Below are positions 1-12,002 of a stretch of DNA of 64,000 bases, in pieces. Each line of letters begins with the position of its first letter. Positions within the stretch are counted from its first letter, which is position 1. A program made the position numbers and the translations under genes. The notes below the pieces were generated by a model. The model was not told where the DNA came from. It ran no database searches and saw nothing but the letters and a program-made list of their open reading frames with translations. Source of the DNA: Octopus vulgaris. Taxonomy: Eukaryota. The DNA lies in the NCBI GenBank assembly GCA_951406725.2, contig OX597819.1:111972001-112036000 (forward strand), given 5' to 3'.

Positions 1-78
1 ATTTTTAGAAGTGTGGCCCGCCTGACAGTGAACCATGTCTTATGAGACTCCCTTCTCGAAAAACATTGCCCGTGCCTG
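1..78. mobile_element. Probable right end of a hAT-like MITE, truncated by the window edge
   Basis: GTGGCCCGC subterminal motif followed by AAAAACATTGCCCGTGCCTG, which resembles the CAGGCATGGGCAA-type TIR of non-autonomous hAT elements. The partner TIR is not visible. Confidence 0.35.
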
Positions 79-980
79 TTATAAATTGTTATATTACGGA
101 TTTCGCAATTTGATAGTAATCTTTAAAATCTGATATTCTGTGCGAGCTCTCCCATTGGATGAAGCTATAGCATTACTTTGGTGGCGGTGGTGGTGTTGGT
201 GGTGGCGCCGGCGGTGGTGATGTTGGTGGTGTATAGCCCCAAATCTGTCCCTAGCGAACAGATATATGCAGAACGCAGTCCAATCGATGATCGTTCCCAT
301 ATTACATTACGTTAAACATCTGTTTTTTAAACAGTATGATGTGGTCTGAGGATAATTTGGCTGTTTTTACTACAGGCCAAGTGACCATGTAGTGACTCAT
401 GCGGTGGTTTTAGACCTGACTTTGCTCTATGACATTTAGAGCTGTCTGCTTCAGCAGAAACATTCAATATAGGATTAACTCTTGAAAAGTTCCTAAATCA
501 AAACGGAGGAACACAATCATATTTTCATTGCAAGAGAGATAACCTTTCGACTAGAGTTACTTCCCTTGATAACAATTTATATTCGAAGAAAATAAATGCA
601 ATCTTCGTTCCGTGAGAACAGAAGTGTTCTAACGTGTGAAGCAAGACCATTCATTTAAGAATAAGTTGGAAGGCTAAATTTGGGAACAAGTTACACCTAC
701 CGCTTGATTAACCATTAAGGAAAATAAGCACTTGCTTAGGGCATCAAGAGAAGGAGGGCACCACTGAAATGATAAATGGCTCGCGGCACAAAAAGAAATT
801 ACTTTAAACTTTCTAAAATCATATTTGGGATGTCTTATCTCTACAAAGTAAAGAAGCAGACATTTTACGTAAGATTAATTTTGCGGATCTAGTTAAAGAT
901 TTTGCTATAAAAAAAAAAAAACAAAGGAGAAAATTTTTCAAATGTAAATCAAGTAGAAGTACATAAAAATAAGTGTTATT

Positions 981-1397
981 GGATCTTTACAGTTTGAACG
1001 GCAGTTTTTAACATAATTTCTAGGTAACTAAAAATTTTTAAACTTCGTATACTGATAGGTGTTTATAAAACATCTTTTTCTCTTGGCTTTATTGAGAAAA
1101 TTCTATGGTTTGTAAGATATTTGTTGTTGTTTTTCTTCAATTTCTGCAATTTCAACCAATCACTGACGTCTATTGAGATAAAAGCATTCTGTGCTGTATG
1201 AATATGACCCTCGTTTAAGAAACAGATTGGGTTTATTTACATTTCTGAAGAAAAAAAGATACCCTTCCCCCCACCCCTAATCCTAACCCTAACCCTAAAA
1301 CATTGAAATGCAATAGATCGATACTAGGGTCATAATTATGGGTGACAATTTCATATGACACCACTAGAAAAAATTGCCGTTCAAGCCGAAAAGATCC
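981..1397 (+). mobile_element. MITE with ~28-bp TIRs and an internal (CCCTAA)n tract, copy 1
   Basis: GGATCTTTACAGTTTGAACGGCAGTTTTT ... AAAAATTGCCGTTCAAGCCGAAAAGATCC; CCCTAATCCTAACCCTAACCCTAA at about 1275-1298; similar inverted copy at 2131-2539. Confidence 0.8.
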
Positions 1398-1487
1398 GTA
1401 TTATTTTCCATCTTACTGCTAGTTTTGCTCCATTTTTAAAAATGAAAATTCATTTCATGGTTTATTATTGTTTATATTTTGAATTGC

Positions 1488-1795
1488 GGAGGCGCAGTGG
1501 CCCAGTGGTTAAGGCAGCGGATTTGCAGCGGTTTCGATTCGCAGGCCGGGCGTTGTATGTGTTTATTGAGCGAAAACACCTAAAGCTCCACGAGGTCCCG
1601 GCAGGGGGTGGTGGCGACCCCTGTTGTAGACTTTCGCCCCAACTTTCTCTCATTCTTTTTTTCCTGTTTCTTGAGTGACGCTGCGATGGACTGGCGTCCC
1701 GTCCAGCTGGGGGGGAACACATACGCCACAGAAACCGGGAAACCGGGCCCATGAGCCTGGCTAGGCTTGAAAAGGGTGCATAAATAAATAAAATA
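1488..1795 (+). mobile_element. tRNA-derived SINE, family D
   Basis: tRNA-like head (GTGGCCCAGTGGTTAAGGC, degenerate B box), GCGATGGACTGGCGTCCCGTCCAG internal motif, (TAAA)n tail; homologous copy at 5380-5675. Confidence 0.8.
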
Positions 1796-2130
1796 ATGTT
1801 TTGAATTGCATATATATGAGGGCACCAAAATCTTTTAAGTGCTTAGGACCTCTAATCCAGCCCTGGTTACACTCAGGAGTCAACCCCAATGTTACGGTCT
1901 TTTAGAGATACTTTTAGGCATTTCTTGAACAGAATGTTTCACTTAACAGAGATCAACATTGGTCATCTGTTTGGGGATGCGGAGGCCTGGCATGTAACTA
2001 AAATGCCCTAACCATCTCATCTAGCTTTTCTGCAAGTTGGGGTATAGGCTCGAGGTGTGGGCTCACTGAAATAAATCCACGTTTGATCAGAAGACAAAAA
2101 AATCGTAAGGCATGTACTGAACAAAAACAG

Positions 2131-2539
2131 AGATTTTATCGGTTTGAACGGCAGTTTTTTCTAGCGGTGTCATATGAAATTGTCACTCATAATTATGACC
2201 CTAGTATCGATCTCTTGCATTTCAATCTGTTTTAGGGTTAGGGTTAGGGTTAGGGGTGGGGGGAAAGGTATCTTTTTTCTTCAGAAATGTAAATAAACCC
2301 AATCTGAAGGACATATTCATACGGCACAGAATGTTTTCACCTCAATAGACGTCATTGATTGGTTGTTATTGCAGAAATTGAAGAAAAAAAACAACAAATA
2401 TCTTACAAACTATAGAATTTTCTCAATAAAGCCAAGAGAAAGAGATGTTTTATAAACACATTCTACCAGTATACGAAGTTTAAGTGTTTAGTTACGTGGA
2501 AATTATATTAAAAAACTGCCGTTCAAACCGAAAAGATCC
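2131..2539 (-). mobile_element. MITE with TIRs and (TTAGGG)n tract, copy 2, inverted relative to copy 1
   Basis: Reverse complement of 981-1397 over about 400 bp; TTAGGGTTAGGGTTAGGGTTAGGG at about 2232-2255. Confidence 0.8.
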
Positions 2540-3169
2540 AAAAAGAGAAAGTAATAAGGAAAAAAAAAGGAAGATATCTTAAAATGAAAGTAACGAGAAA
2601 TAACTGATGATGCGGTAGAAAGTAGAGGAATGTGAGATAACTTAGTAAAATTAATACGAAACTATGCAAAAGATGAAAAAATTAAATTCAATAACATTAG
2701 TGTTCTTAGTCTTCAGCTAAATTCCATTCACTCTTTGATGTTATATAGCACTTCATTAATATTTTGTTATATCAACCTTAAAATGACTTAATCGTTGTGA
2801 ATAAAGGGCCGTAACTAATTACAGCATGTTGTCCTATACGGACATATTTGTGCCAATGTAAGTCTACATCGACTAATAAAGCAATTAGCAGCGTAGGTGA
2901 AGTAATTATATTTTCATGTTTTACGAAGTAGTGGGAGTTCTTCCAATTATATCAAGCTCTTTTCTTCCAAAATATTTCTTCAAATTTATCTTTTTTTTTT
3001 TACGAAACCGCGTAAGGATTTCAAACTTTCTTTCTTGGTTATGTCAGTGATGTATCGCTTAGTTTAGTCTAAATTGTAGTTTCTTTTTCGGTTTGTTATT
3101 GTTGTTGTGAGGAGAGAAACTGATGTTGTCTAAGACGGCAACAACGTTAACATTAGTAGGAATGGAGCA

Positions 3170-3880
3170 AACAAGTGTCATCGATTTGTTAGAAATAGCA
3201 GCTAAATGTCCCTCAAATTACATGCTAGCATCTTAAAGAGAAAATACACTAGATAATGTATTACTCTGATTAAAAGGCGGGACTGCCACGGCTGGAGTGA
3301 CTGATTACAGGCTTAACCAGGGACCAACAGCAGCGATTTCAATAACAACATAAAGACGAACTAAACAAGGAGTCTCTATGTGCTTACTTGAGCTGCTAGA
3401 AACAACAGCCAAATCGCCCTCGAATCACATGCCATCGTCTAAAAGAAAAATTGAGAACACTTGAATAATGTAGTCCTAGATAAACAATGTCTGAGTAAAA
3501 GACTGGATGGTCACAGTTGGAACACCTTTGATCGTAAGATTAGGGTTCACGTGGCTTAAACCACAATAGCGATGGCGAGTAGAGGAAGCTTCTGTGGTCA
3601 CAGGACTTGTTAGAAACAGCAGCCAAATCTCCCTCAAGTCACACTCTATGTCTTCTGATGGAAGGACACGATGAATAATGCAGGCAATGACAGATATAGA
3701 AAATGACATGCTAGAAACAGCAGCCAAATCTCCCTCAAGTCACAGCCTACCATCATGTAAAGGAACGACAGAAGAGACTCTTGTAGTTGATATAGAGAAT
3801 GATGGGATGGGCACAGCTGGAATACTTTTCATCGTCGGTTATTTCGATCAAGGCTGACCTAGACCAAAGAAACAGTTAAC
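3170..3880 (+). repeat. Local cluster of about 4 diverged copies of an old ~100-200 bp interspersed repeat
   Basis: G(C/T)TAGAAA(C/T)A(G/A)CAGC(C/T)AAAT..CCCTC.A.T recurs at about 3188, 3395, 3609 and 3710; related copies at about 330-430, 4690-4830, 5270-5380, 5860-6020 and 31500-31660. Confidence 0.7.
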
Positions 3881-4823
3881 ATTTGGATGATTACGATTAT
3901 CCTGTGAAACCCGTGTCTACAGGTTTAATACCAGCAACAAACAGAATGCAGAGAAGGAATAACAGGTGAGACACTGGTTTGTAAAGGAATATTGAGACAC
4001 TTTAATGGAATTGGTTCATTTTCGAAGATTTATCTCATATTTTTTTCTTCTTTTTATAATGCATTGTTGCTGTGGTGTTGATGGTGATACAGTGACGTTG
4101 TTGTTGTTGGTGCTGGTGGTGGTGTTGGTATCAGTTGTGACACTGATGATGGTCGTGGTACGACGTGGACGTTGTGGTGATGTCATGTTGTTGTTGGTGG
4201 TGGTGTTAGGCCCCAGGTCAGCCCTAACTGAGCAGAACCATAAATCAAATCCGACGTTCCTACAACTACCTTCACACCTTTTTACAGGTGAATATAGGAC
4301 AGCATTTATTCTGGGTGTCCTTTTCTTTCCCAAGATAGTGGAAGATAGGAGGGAGATTTGACTGCTATTTTTACCACATTAAAACTTGGTGTTAGAGCAA
4401 GCACAAGCAATCCTTTACAAGAAGCAGGTTGCATGAAACATAGCTCAACTGGTAGGCCACTCCGAACAAACAATTCAAGATAATTTTTCGCAGAAAGTTC
4501 TGCAGGTTGCAGTGTGCTCATAACGGGTGTAAAGTCTGGTGGTGACTGTGGTTGTAGAAGTAGTGGTTGTTGTAGTATTTGTAACTGTGGTGGTATTGGT
4601 GAAGGCTCTAGCATAGATGCTGGTAAGCTCTCTTAGAGCTGTACTGATTATAACTCCTTGCTTTGTGCAGAGTCAGCCCATGTTCAGCAGGCCTATCATC
4701 AAAAGACTTTCCAGCCATAACCATCCAGAAATAATGAATGTAGGGCTACATTATTCAATGTTCCCTTCCATGTTTTTAATAATACAGCAAAGAATATTAT
4801 GAGGGAAATTTGGTTTCTATTTC

Positions 4824-5048
4824 TTATTTCTTTATTGCCCACAAGGGGCTAAACATAGAGGGGACAAACAAGGACGGATTAAGTCAATTACATCGAATCC
4901 AGTGCGTAACTGTTACTTAATTTATCGACCCTAAAAGGATGAAAAGCAAAGTCGATCTTGGCAGAATTTGAACTCAGAACATAGTGGCAAACGAAACACC
5001 GCTAAGCATTTCGCCTGGCGTGCTAACATTTCTGCCAGCTCACCGCCT
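4824..5048 (-). mobile_element. tRNA-derived SINE, family A
   Basis: Family consensus GGCGG.GAGCTGGCAGAA..GTTAGCACGCC...GAGTTCAAATTC.GCC (B box)...TTTCATCCTTT..GGGTCGATAAATTAAGTA; flanked by the direct repeat GAAATTTGGTTTCTATTTCT. Confidence 0.85.
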
Positions 5049-5379
5049 TTGATTTCTATTTCTATAGAAATTTGGTTTCTATTTCTAGCTGTCAAGTGAC
5101 CACACATAACAGCTCCCTTATTTGTGGAGACTAGTGGTGATTAATACATTAGGTACCAGTCATTTTTTGTTACTAATTTGTAGTCTTGTACCAAAGTTGG
5201 AAGTAAATATAATTGTTGTTTAACCACAAGCCACGCCCAGTCAAGTAGACATGATCAAATGTATTCCAGCTATGACCATCACACTTTTATTTTCCATACT
5301 TAGTGTATCTGCAAGTTATGATGTACAAGCTACATTATATTGTTTCCTTCTTTTTATAAGATGGTATGATTTTATGTGT

Positions 5380-5675
5380 GGAGGCACATAGCCGAGTGGT
5401 TAGAGCGGCAGACTCGCAGTCGAGGGATCGCGGGTTCGAATCTCAGACCGGGCGATGTGCGTGTTCATGAGCGAAACACCTAAGCTCCATATGGCTCCAG
5501 CAGAAGGTAATGGCAAACTTCTGATTCTTTTGCCACAACTTTCTCTCACTCTTTCCTCCTGCATCTTGCAGCTCACCTGCGACGGACTGGTGTCCCATCC
5601 AGGTGGGGAACCTATACGCCAAGGAAACCAGGAAACCGGCCCTATGGGCCAGGCATGGCTCAAGAAGGAACAAAC
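5380..5675 (+). mobile_element. tRNA-derived SINE, family D, copy 2
   Basis: Clear A box (TAGCCGAGTGGTTAG) and B box (GGTTCGAATCTC); body homologous to 1488-1795. Confidence 0.85.
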
Positions 5676-6467
5676 AATGATTTTATGTGAGGGTAATTTA
5701 CCTGCTATGTCTTGTAGATATCTATTGACCAATTACTGGATCCGTGACTAGTGTGTCATGGATCCAGTATGTGGTCAATAGACCTATTAGCTCAATGACA
5801 GTTTTAGAAAAGAAGCCTAAAGAGATATAAATGCAGTGGTGTTGTACCACGTCAAACTCACTTCAAGAAAAGCTGTCGAATCTCCCTCAAATCAGACTTT
5901 GTTTTAAAGAAAAATGGGACCCATTTTGTGTGATGTAGTCTTGATAGAGAGACAGGATGATTACAGCTGGTATGATCATCAATCATAGAGCTTTTTAATC
6001 AGACTGACCTAGGGTTAACAAACAAGTGCTGTTGTTCTTAAATATGAATGATTTTTGTTTCTTTTTTTTCTTTTTTTCATATTGTTTTCCCTTCAGAATT
6101 GATTTCATCTCCTTTTTTCTGTATTTTCAGCTAATAATAATATAAAAGACTATAAAGAAAATATAAAATGGCACTTAACTCTTGTAGAAATGAAAATATG
6201 GAAAAGTTGATAATCAGGAAGATGATGTAAATGAACATGAATATAAAAGATAATGATGAAGATATGTTGTTGCCTAAGTTATGAATACTGAAGAATATTT
6301 CCGGACCAGTGTACCTACAACAGAAGACATAAACAAAAAGTGAATAGAAACTGGAAAGTTTACTTTCTAGAATCTCCTATCATTTATTTCATATCTTCTC
6401 TGATTGAACAGTGATGATATTTTGGGTGTTAGAAGGTAATAAGGGTTTCAGTCATGGCTCAAATTCA

Positions 6468-6730
6468 CAGCTTTCTGAGCTAACAAAACACCTGTTAATG
6501 ACTCTATGCTCCTGCTCCCTACTGCAGTGACTTGTTCCTACTCATGCTACAGCTGAATCATATTCTGTACAGCTCTGTAGGCTAACAAAACACTTGCTAA
6601 TGAAATTACACTGCCAGCACCTACTGCAATGATTTGTTCATATCCATGCACCAATTGTACACCTCAGCTCTGCAAGCTAAGAAAACACTTGTTAATGATA
6701 CTGTGCTCCTACTACTTACTCCAATGTTCT
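6468..6730 (+). repeat. Diverged tandem repeat, 3 x ~100 bp
   Basis: GCTAA(C/G)AAAACAC at 6479, 6581 and 6676, each followed by TG.TAATGA...C(C/T)TACT(G/C)CA.TG. Confidence 0.75.
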
Positions 6731-7312
6731 TATCAATGATACATGTTTATACAATGTAAACTATTTTCAATAACATGGACACAGCTTTTCTGGCAATGGG
6801 ATACCAACTCTCAACTCTTCACTCACTAAGTTGACACCTTTTCACTTCAGATATTTCATTCCCTTTCCTGTTGATCTCCAGTCATTCAGCTTAAATGATG
6901 AATTCAAATCTCACATGAAATATCTCTTAATCTGTGAGTTCTACCCTTCATCTCAAAAGCCAATCAAATTATTTGATACATAATCTATTGTCTTTATGCT
7001 TCTGCTGTCCTGTCTGTCTAGTTTCTTTTTTAAGGTCAGTTTTTGTCTGACATTAACATTTTAAAATACTGGCATTTCAGCCAGAGATTGAAATCCCTTT
7101 CCTCTGCAACTGTGAGGAGTTGGATTAAGAGAGAAAGTGTTTTGTCTATTTGAAAGCTATTCAGCAAATTTGAGTTAGCCAATACAATGCGCACACACAC
7201 ACACACATACATCTGTGTTATAAGGTCTATGTATGTTGATATAATTGTAATTCAGTGATAGAGTTTATGAACTATTTAAAGCAGTAAAGTGAGCATTGTC
7301 TTGAATCCTGGA

Positions 7313-7540
7313 ACTCATAAGGCCAGTTTACCCAATTCCCATGATATTTTAATGACCAAGATCACAACATTCCGAATTGGATGCCAATAGACACTGAGCA
7401 GACACTGCCATTAGACACTGAGTAGACACTGGAGCAATGGGAATTGAAGTGTGTTGCTCCAGAACATAACACACTACCCAGTCCAAGAATCAAGATCATA
7501 ATTTTGCAATCATTAGGGCAACACCCTAACCATAGGGCCA
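7313..7540 (-). mobile_element. Degenerate tRNA/CORE-like SINE, family E
   Basis: GGACTGGAGCAA...GAAGTGT.TTGCTC.AGAAC...CCCTAACCA pattern shared with 31870-32070, 39535-40065 and 55295-55535. Confidence 0.6.
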
Positions 7541-7765
7541 CAATCATTCACTGTTTAAAGCAGACACACACTCACACCCCTATTTATTTTCCTTTGATTC
7601 TTCCTTCCTTAAATAACATCAAAGCTTTTCACCAAATTCACCTGTAATTTGCTCACTGTTGGACTTCATCTAAAAAAAATAAGGAAGAAATAACAATACT
7701 GTGTTACTTATTTTTTCCTATTTGTTAAAAAAAATTCATAGAAAGACATTGTGTTGTACAGAGCC

Positions 7766-8503
7766 ATGTTGTATGGTCAGAAAATTGAATTTAAACACAA
7801 AAAAATGCATTCCGAACAAGAAGACAATGGCAAGAATAAATTGCACCATGAAATATTCTCTTCAGATGGTTTGGCATCAAAAGAAAAGTCAATTCTTTCT
7901 AAGAAGAAGTGGTTCCATTGTGAAATCTGTGGCAAGACCTTTTCTCGAAACAACGACCTGTTTAAACATGTTCGGGTTCACACAGGTGAGAAACCATACC
8001 CCTGCGAGATTTGTGGCAAGAATTTCTCTGTAAACAGTTCGTTGTTTCGTCACCGCCGCATTCACACCGGAGAGAAACCATATTTCTGTGACATCTGTGG
8101 TAAGACATTCTCACAAAACATCCACTTGGTCCGACACAAGAGAATCCATACTCACGAGAAACCATACCAATGTGAAATCTGTGGCAAATCCTTCTCAGTT
8201 GACAACTCTTTGTCCCGTCACAGACGCATACATACGGGTGAAAAGCCATACTTCTGTGAAATTTGTGATAAAACTTTCTCGCAGAATGGTCACCTAACAC
8301 GGCATAGAAAGATGCATGCAGGGGTGAAGTCTTTCAGTTGTAAAGACTGCAGCAAAGTTTTCTCCCGTAAGAGTAGCTTAATTGAGCACAGATGGATTCA
8401 TATCAACAATAAACCTTACCAATGCCAAATCTGTGATAAGACATTCTCACACAAAAATGTTTTAGCATTCCATGAACGAATACACAATGAGGATAAACTC
8501 TAG
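7766..8503 (+). CDS. C2H2 (Kruppel-type) zinc-finger protein, 7 tandem fingers
   Basis: Uninterrupted ORF with 7 C-x2-C-x12-H-x3-H fingers and TGEKP-type linkers. First in-frame ATG is at 7766 (GAGCCATG); the true start may lie in an upstream exon (possible acceptor TACAG at 7757-7761). Stop TAG at 8501-8503. Confidence 0.93.
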   Translation: MLYGQKIEFKHKKMHSEQEDNGKNKLHHEIFSSDGLASKEKSILSKKKWFHCEICGKTFSRNNDLFKHVRVHTGEKPYPCEICGKNFSVNSSLFRHRRIHTGEKPYFCDICGKTFSQNIHLVRHKRIHTHEKPYQCEICGKSFSVDNSLSRHRRIHTGEKPYFCEICDKTFSQNGHLTRHRKMHAGVKSFSCKDCSKVFSRKSSLIEHRWIHINNKPYQCQICDKTFSHKNVLAFHERIHNEDKL

Positions 8504-8687
8504 TATTTGGTGATATTAAATATTTAAGGACCAATCAACAAATGTAGGGAAAAAAAGATTAAAACGAACACTACCTGCTCTTTCTTGAGGCTGACTGCTT
8601 GTACACAACAGCCAGAAGGGAGAATAAGTATATCTGACTAAGTTGTTGATCTGTTACTCTGACATTTAACATACATATATTATTTAA

Positions 8688-8907
8688 CCCTTTCGTTACC
8701 AACCCGGCCAAAACTGGCTCTGGCTCTGAGTTCAAATGTCTTATTTTCATAAGTTCTGAACTAAAATCTTCCACCAAACCTTAGTCACAACTTATGTTCC
8801 TAACACTAGCTGAATGATAACTAAGTTATTTTACTAAATTCTTTGTTATATTTAAAGTAATTGAAAGAAACACAGAGCATCCTGAAATAAATACAGTAAC
8901 GAAAGGG
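8688..8907. mobile_element. piggyBac-like MITE with TTAA TSD
   Basis: TTAA|CCCTTTCGTTAC ... GTAACGAAAGGG|TTAA: perfect 12-bp TIR plus TTAA duplication. Confidence 0.85.
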
Positions 8908-9734
8908 TTAACCAAACTTCCAATTCTAAGAAAAAGTGGAATTTTGATTCAATATTTTTTACAGACATTTTCTTAGTTTTTCTCTCTAAACTTTCAAATT
9001 TATAAAAACAAAATCCAAGATAGAGGGAATCATTGAAACTAAGTTTTTTTTTTCCATTGTCTAAAATCAAAATTGAAATTCAAAGAAAAAATTCTATAAG
9101 TAAGGAGGATTATAAATTGAATATTAAAAACCAAAACCAAGTTATAGAATTTTTCTTTTGGATTTCAATTATATTTCAAATTGTAATTTCTGATTTCTCC
9201 ACTGCACACCAGTTTTGGTTTTTGAGAAATATTTCAGTTAAAGAAATTTTAAATTTTATTTCAAACAAAGAAAGAGAAAGAAAAAATCTTTGAACAAAAT
9301 TCCTCTCAAATGTGATATCTCCCCTGACCAATTTATATGTATAAAACATATCTATATGTATGAACCATTTATGCATAAAGCATATCTGAATGTATAGAAC
9401 ATTATAAAACTCATTGTTAATTAAAAAATGTTCATATTGTTAATTTTTCCACTTGCGTATGTATTGTCATCATCATCTTCACTTAATATCCACTTTTTCA
9501 TGCTTGCATGGATCAGACAGAATCTATTGAGGCAGTCTGATGCCCTTCTTGTCACCAATTATCACCTGTTTCCAAGGATGGTAATATTTTCCCATGGACA
9601 GACATTTTCTCACAGAATGTTTAAAGTGAATGACACTGCTTGTATGGCAGGGACAATCGTTTACAACTATCACACAGTGTCAAAACAAAGAGACACAAAC
9701 ACATACACACTCAAACATTCATGTATATACACAA

Positions 9735-9896
9735 CAGGCTTTTTTCAGTTTTCATCTACCAAATCCACTTCAAAGGCTTTAGTCAGCCTGGGGCTATAAG
9801 GAGAAGTCACTTGCTCTAGGTACCACATTGTGGGATTGAACCCAGAACTATGTGGTTTGAAAGCAAACTTCTTACTGCATAGACACACCTGCGCCT
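9735..9896 (-). mobile_element. tRNA/CORE-like SINE, family B, 5' part
   Basis: Reverse complement matches the family head GGCGCAGG.GTG.CT.TG.GGTAAGAAG.TTGCT...GGGTTCA.TCCCAC, as in the full copy at 53545-53942. Confidence 0.7.
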
Positions 9897-10309
9897 ATCT
9901 CTCTATTTAGATAGATAGATAGATAGACAGACGGATGGATGGATGGACGGACGGATAGAGAAAGAGACTGACAGACAGATACGAGTACATCAAATACTAT
10001 ACAGCATATTTTTTGGTTTATTGAAATTATTTCCACCTCCAGAGGATGTATCACAATTACCTAATGGTGACACTTCAGAACACCTCTATGTAAGACAGGG
10101 AGATAATGTCAAGACTCAATAATTCTCTAAAACTGACATGCCATTATGGAAACCAATAGACGCTGCCTGGAGAAATGAAGTTAACCACAGCCTCAATAGG
10201 CATCATCAACACAACAATTATCCTACTTCATCTCCAATAGTCCAGGCAGTCAGACATATACAAAAACGAGTTGAACACATTTTTGGCCTTGGTAATTTGC
10301 ATCATTATC

Positions 10310-10590
10310 ATCATCGTTTAACGTCCGCCTTCCATGCTGGCATAGGTTGGGTGGTTTGACAGGAGCTGGCCAGGTAGAAGACTACCCCAGGCTACTTTGT
10401 CTATTTTAGTATGGTTTTTACAGCAAGATGCCCTTCCTAACACCAACCGCCCTCCAGAGTGGGCTGAGTGCTTTTTATGTGGCACCAGCTCAGGTGAGGT
10501 GATCAGTTTTGGCAAGGTTTTTACAGCTGGGTGCTCTTCCAAATGCCAACCACTTTACAGTGTGGACTGGATGCTTTTTATTTGGCTCCA
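10310..10590 (-). mobile_element. RTE-LINE 3' end / LINE-tail SINE, family C
   Basis: (CAT)n CGTTTAACGTCCGC.TTCCATGCT.GCAT.GGTTGG ... GATGCCCTTCCTAA; the same 3' end is attached to the RT fragment at 12003-13170. Confidence 0.75.
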
Positions 10591-10765
10591 GCATATTCAA
10601 ACAAAACTGAACTAAGAGAAATAATTTAGAGTGGCTGGTGGCATGTATTTGAACAACGTAGACAAATACATGTATATCACACACCATACAACATATATTC
10701 TCAATTTATTAAAATTACATCTGCCCTGCAAATGACATTTTGAACTTCAGCAACCAGTCAACATA

Positions 10766-11253
10766 CCGTAAATCCTCGAGTATAATCCGCATTTTTTTCC
10801 CAAAATCTCTAGTGCGTACTATATATGAGGTTAAAAATGAAAATTATTTTCTAAGCAATGTCCGAGTCTCTATTTGCTGTCCAGCAATGTTTATTCAGAT
10901 GCATTTTGTGATGTCGGGCGCAAAAATACCTTAAGGTAAGCCTAAAAGCAAAGATGTCATAAAAATGTTGCAGTAAGCAACATTTATTAAACGTTATTAC
11001 TGTTATTTCTTTATTTTCTGCTAACAAAATGCACAAAAAAGCTACACGTTTGCATTATGTTATATATACAATAATAATAAAGGACATTACCGTATACATT
11101 TTTACAAACCAACAACATTATATAGACCTCCTTGACTCAAGTTAGAGAAGGAGTGTGTATTATATACAAGGTTTAGGTTTTTCAGAGGTACAACCCCCCT
11201 AATAATCTCCTGAGTATTATATTCAAGGGCGGACTATACTCAAGGATTTACAG
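10766..11253. mobile_element. pogo/Tigger-like MITE with TA TSD
   Basis: TA|CCGTAAATCCTCGAGTATAATCCGC ... GCGGACTATACTCAAGGATTTACAG|TA: 25-bp imperfect TIR. Confidence 0.8.
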
Positions 11254-12002
11254 TATTTAAATGCTGATGTTTGTTTGTTTGTTTTTTTGCCGCCTTCCTT
11301 AAATTAGATGTCTACAGGTGATTTAATTGTTTATTTTGCCACCTTAGGCCTGTAGTCTGAACACCTTAGGTGTTTTGATTATTGTTGCCTGTTGTCTGAC
11401 GGATGATAATAGTGTTGTGACCTTAGGGTATTTAATCATAAGAACATGGCTGTGTGGTTAGGAAGCTTACTTCTCAACCACATGGTTTGGGGTTCAGTCC
11501 CACTGCTTGGGACCAGCTGAAATCTTGTGATTGAATGTGGTAGGCAAAAGTACTTGTTGTGTGTGTATATGTGTGTGAACATGCTTGTACCTCCTAACAG
11601 AAAGGAGGGAAAAATACAATGTAACTCAAAAGATATTGTACAAATACTTAAGTACTTTAAAATGATAATACTGTTGTTTTCCAGAATAATAGGCTAATGA
11701 TTAAAATGTCAACTATAGTTGGTAAAATAAAGATTCTTTGTTCGGTTCCTGGCCTAGCCAGGGAGTACAACTGGAGATATTGAAAAGTTATATCAAAAAC
11801 ACACATCATGATCATCGTCATTATCATTGGCATCCCTCTCCTCCTCCTCCACATGATCATCATAAACATCATCATCATCATCATCATCATCATTTTAATC
11901 TACCTTTCATGCTGGCAAGAAACAAATGGGTCGACATGAGCTAAATCAGTTTAAATTTAGAGTTACATTTTCTTTGACAAGTGAGAGATCCCTGTCTTCT
12001 TT

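Larger units (their letters stand above)
700..1865 (+). mobile_element. Non-autonomous hAT-derived element hosting two nested insertions
   Basis: Right end is TAATCCAGCCCTG (CAGGGCYGGATTA-type TIR); left end is degenerate (GATTAACCATTA). Subterminal TGCTTAGG and GAGGGCACCA motifs occur at both ends. About 838-915 translates SLQSKEADILRKINFADLVKDFAIKK, like the C-terminus of hAT transposases. Confidence 0.6.

Noticed and set aside
1275-1298. Telomere or chromosome-fusion relic
   Set aside because: Only about 4 hexamers, and they are internal to a MITE present twice.
5380-5455. tRNA gene
   Set aside because: The A/B boxes belong to a SINE head that continues into a body shared with 1488-1795; no proper acceptor stem.
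7701-8300. Alternative-frame and antisense ORFs over the zinc-finger gene
   Set aside because: Shadow frames of the repetitive C2H2 coding sequence.
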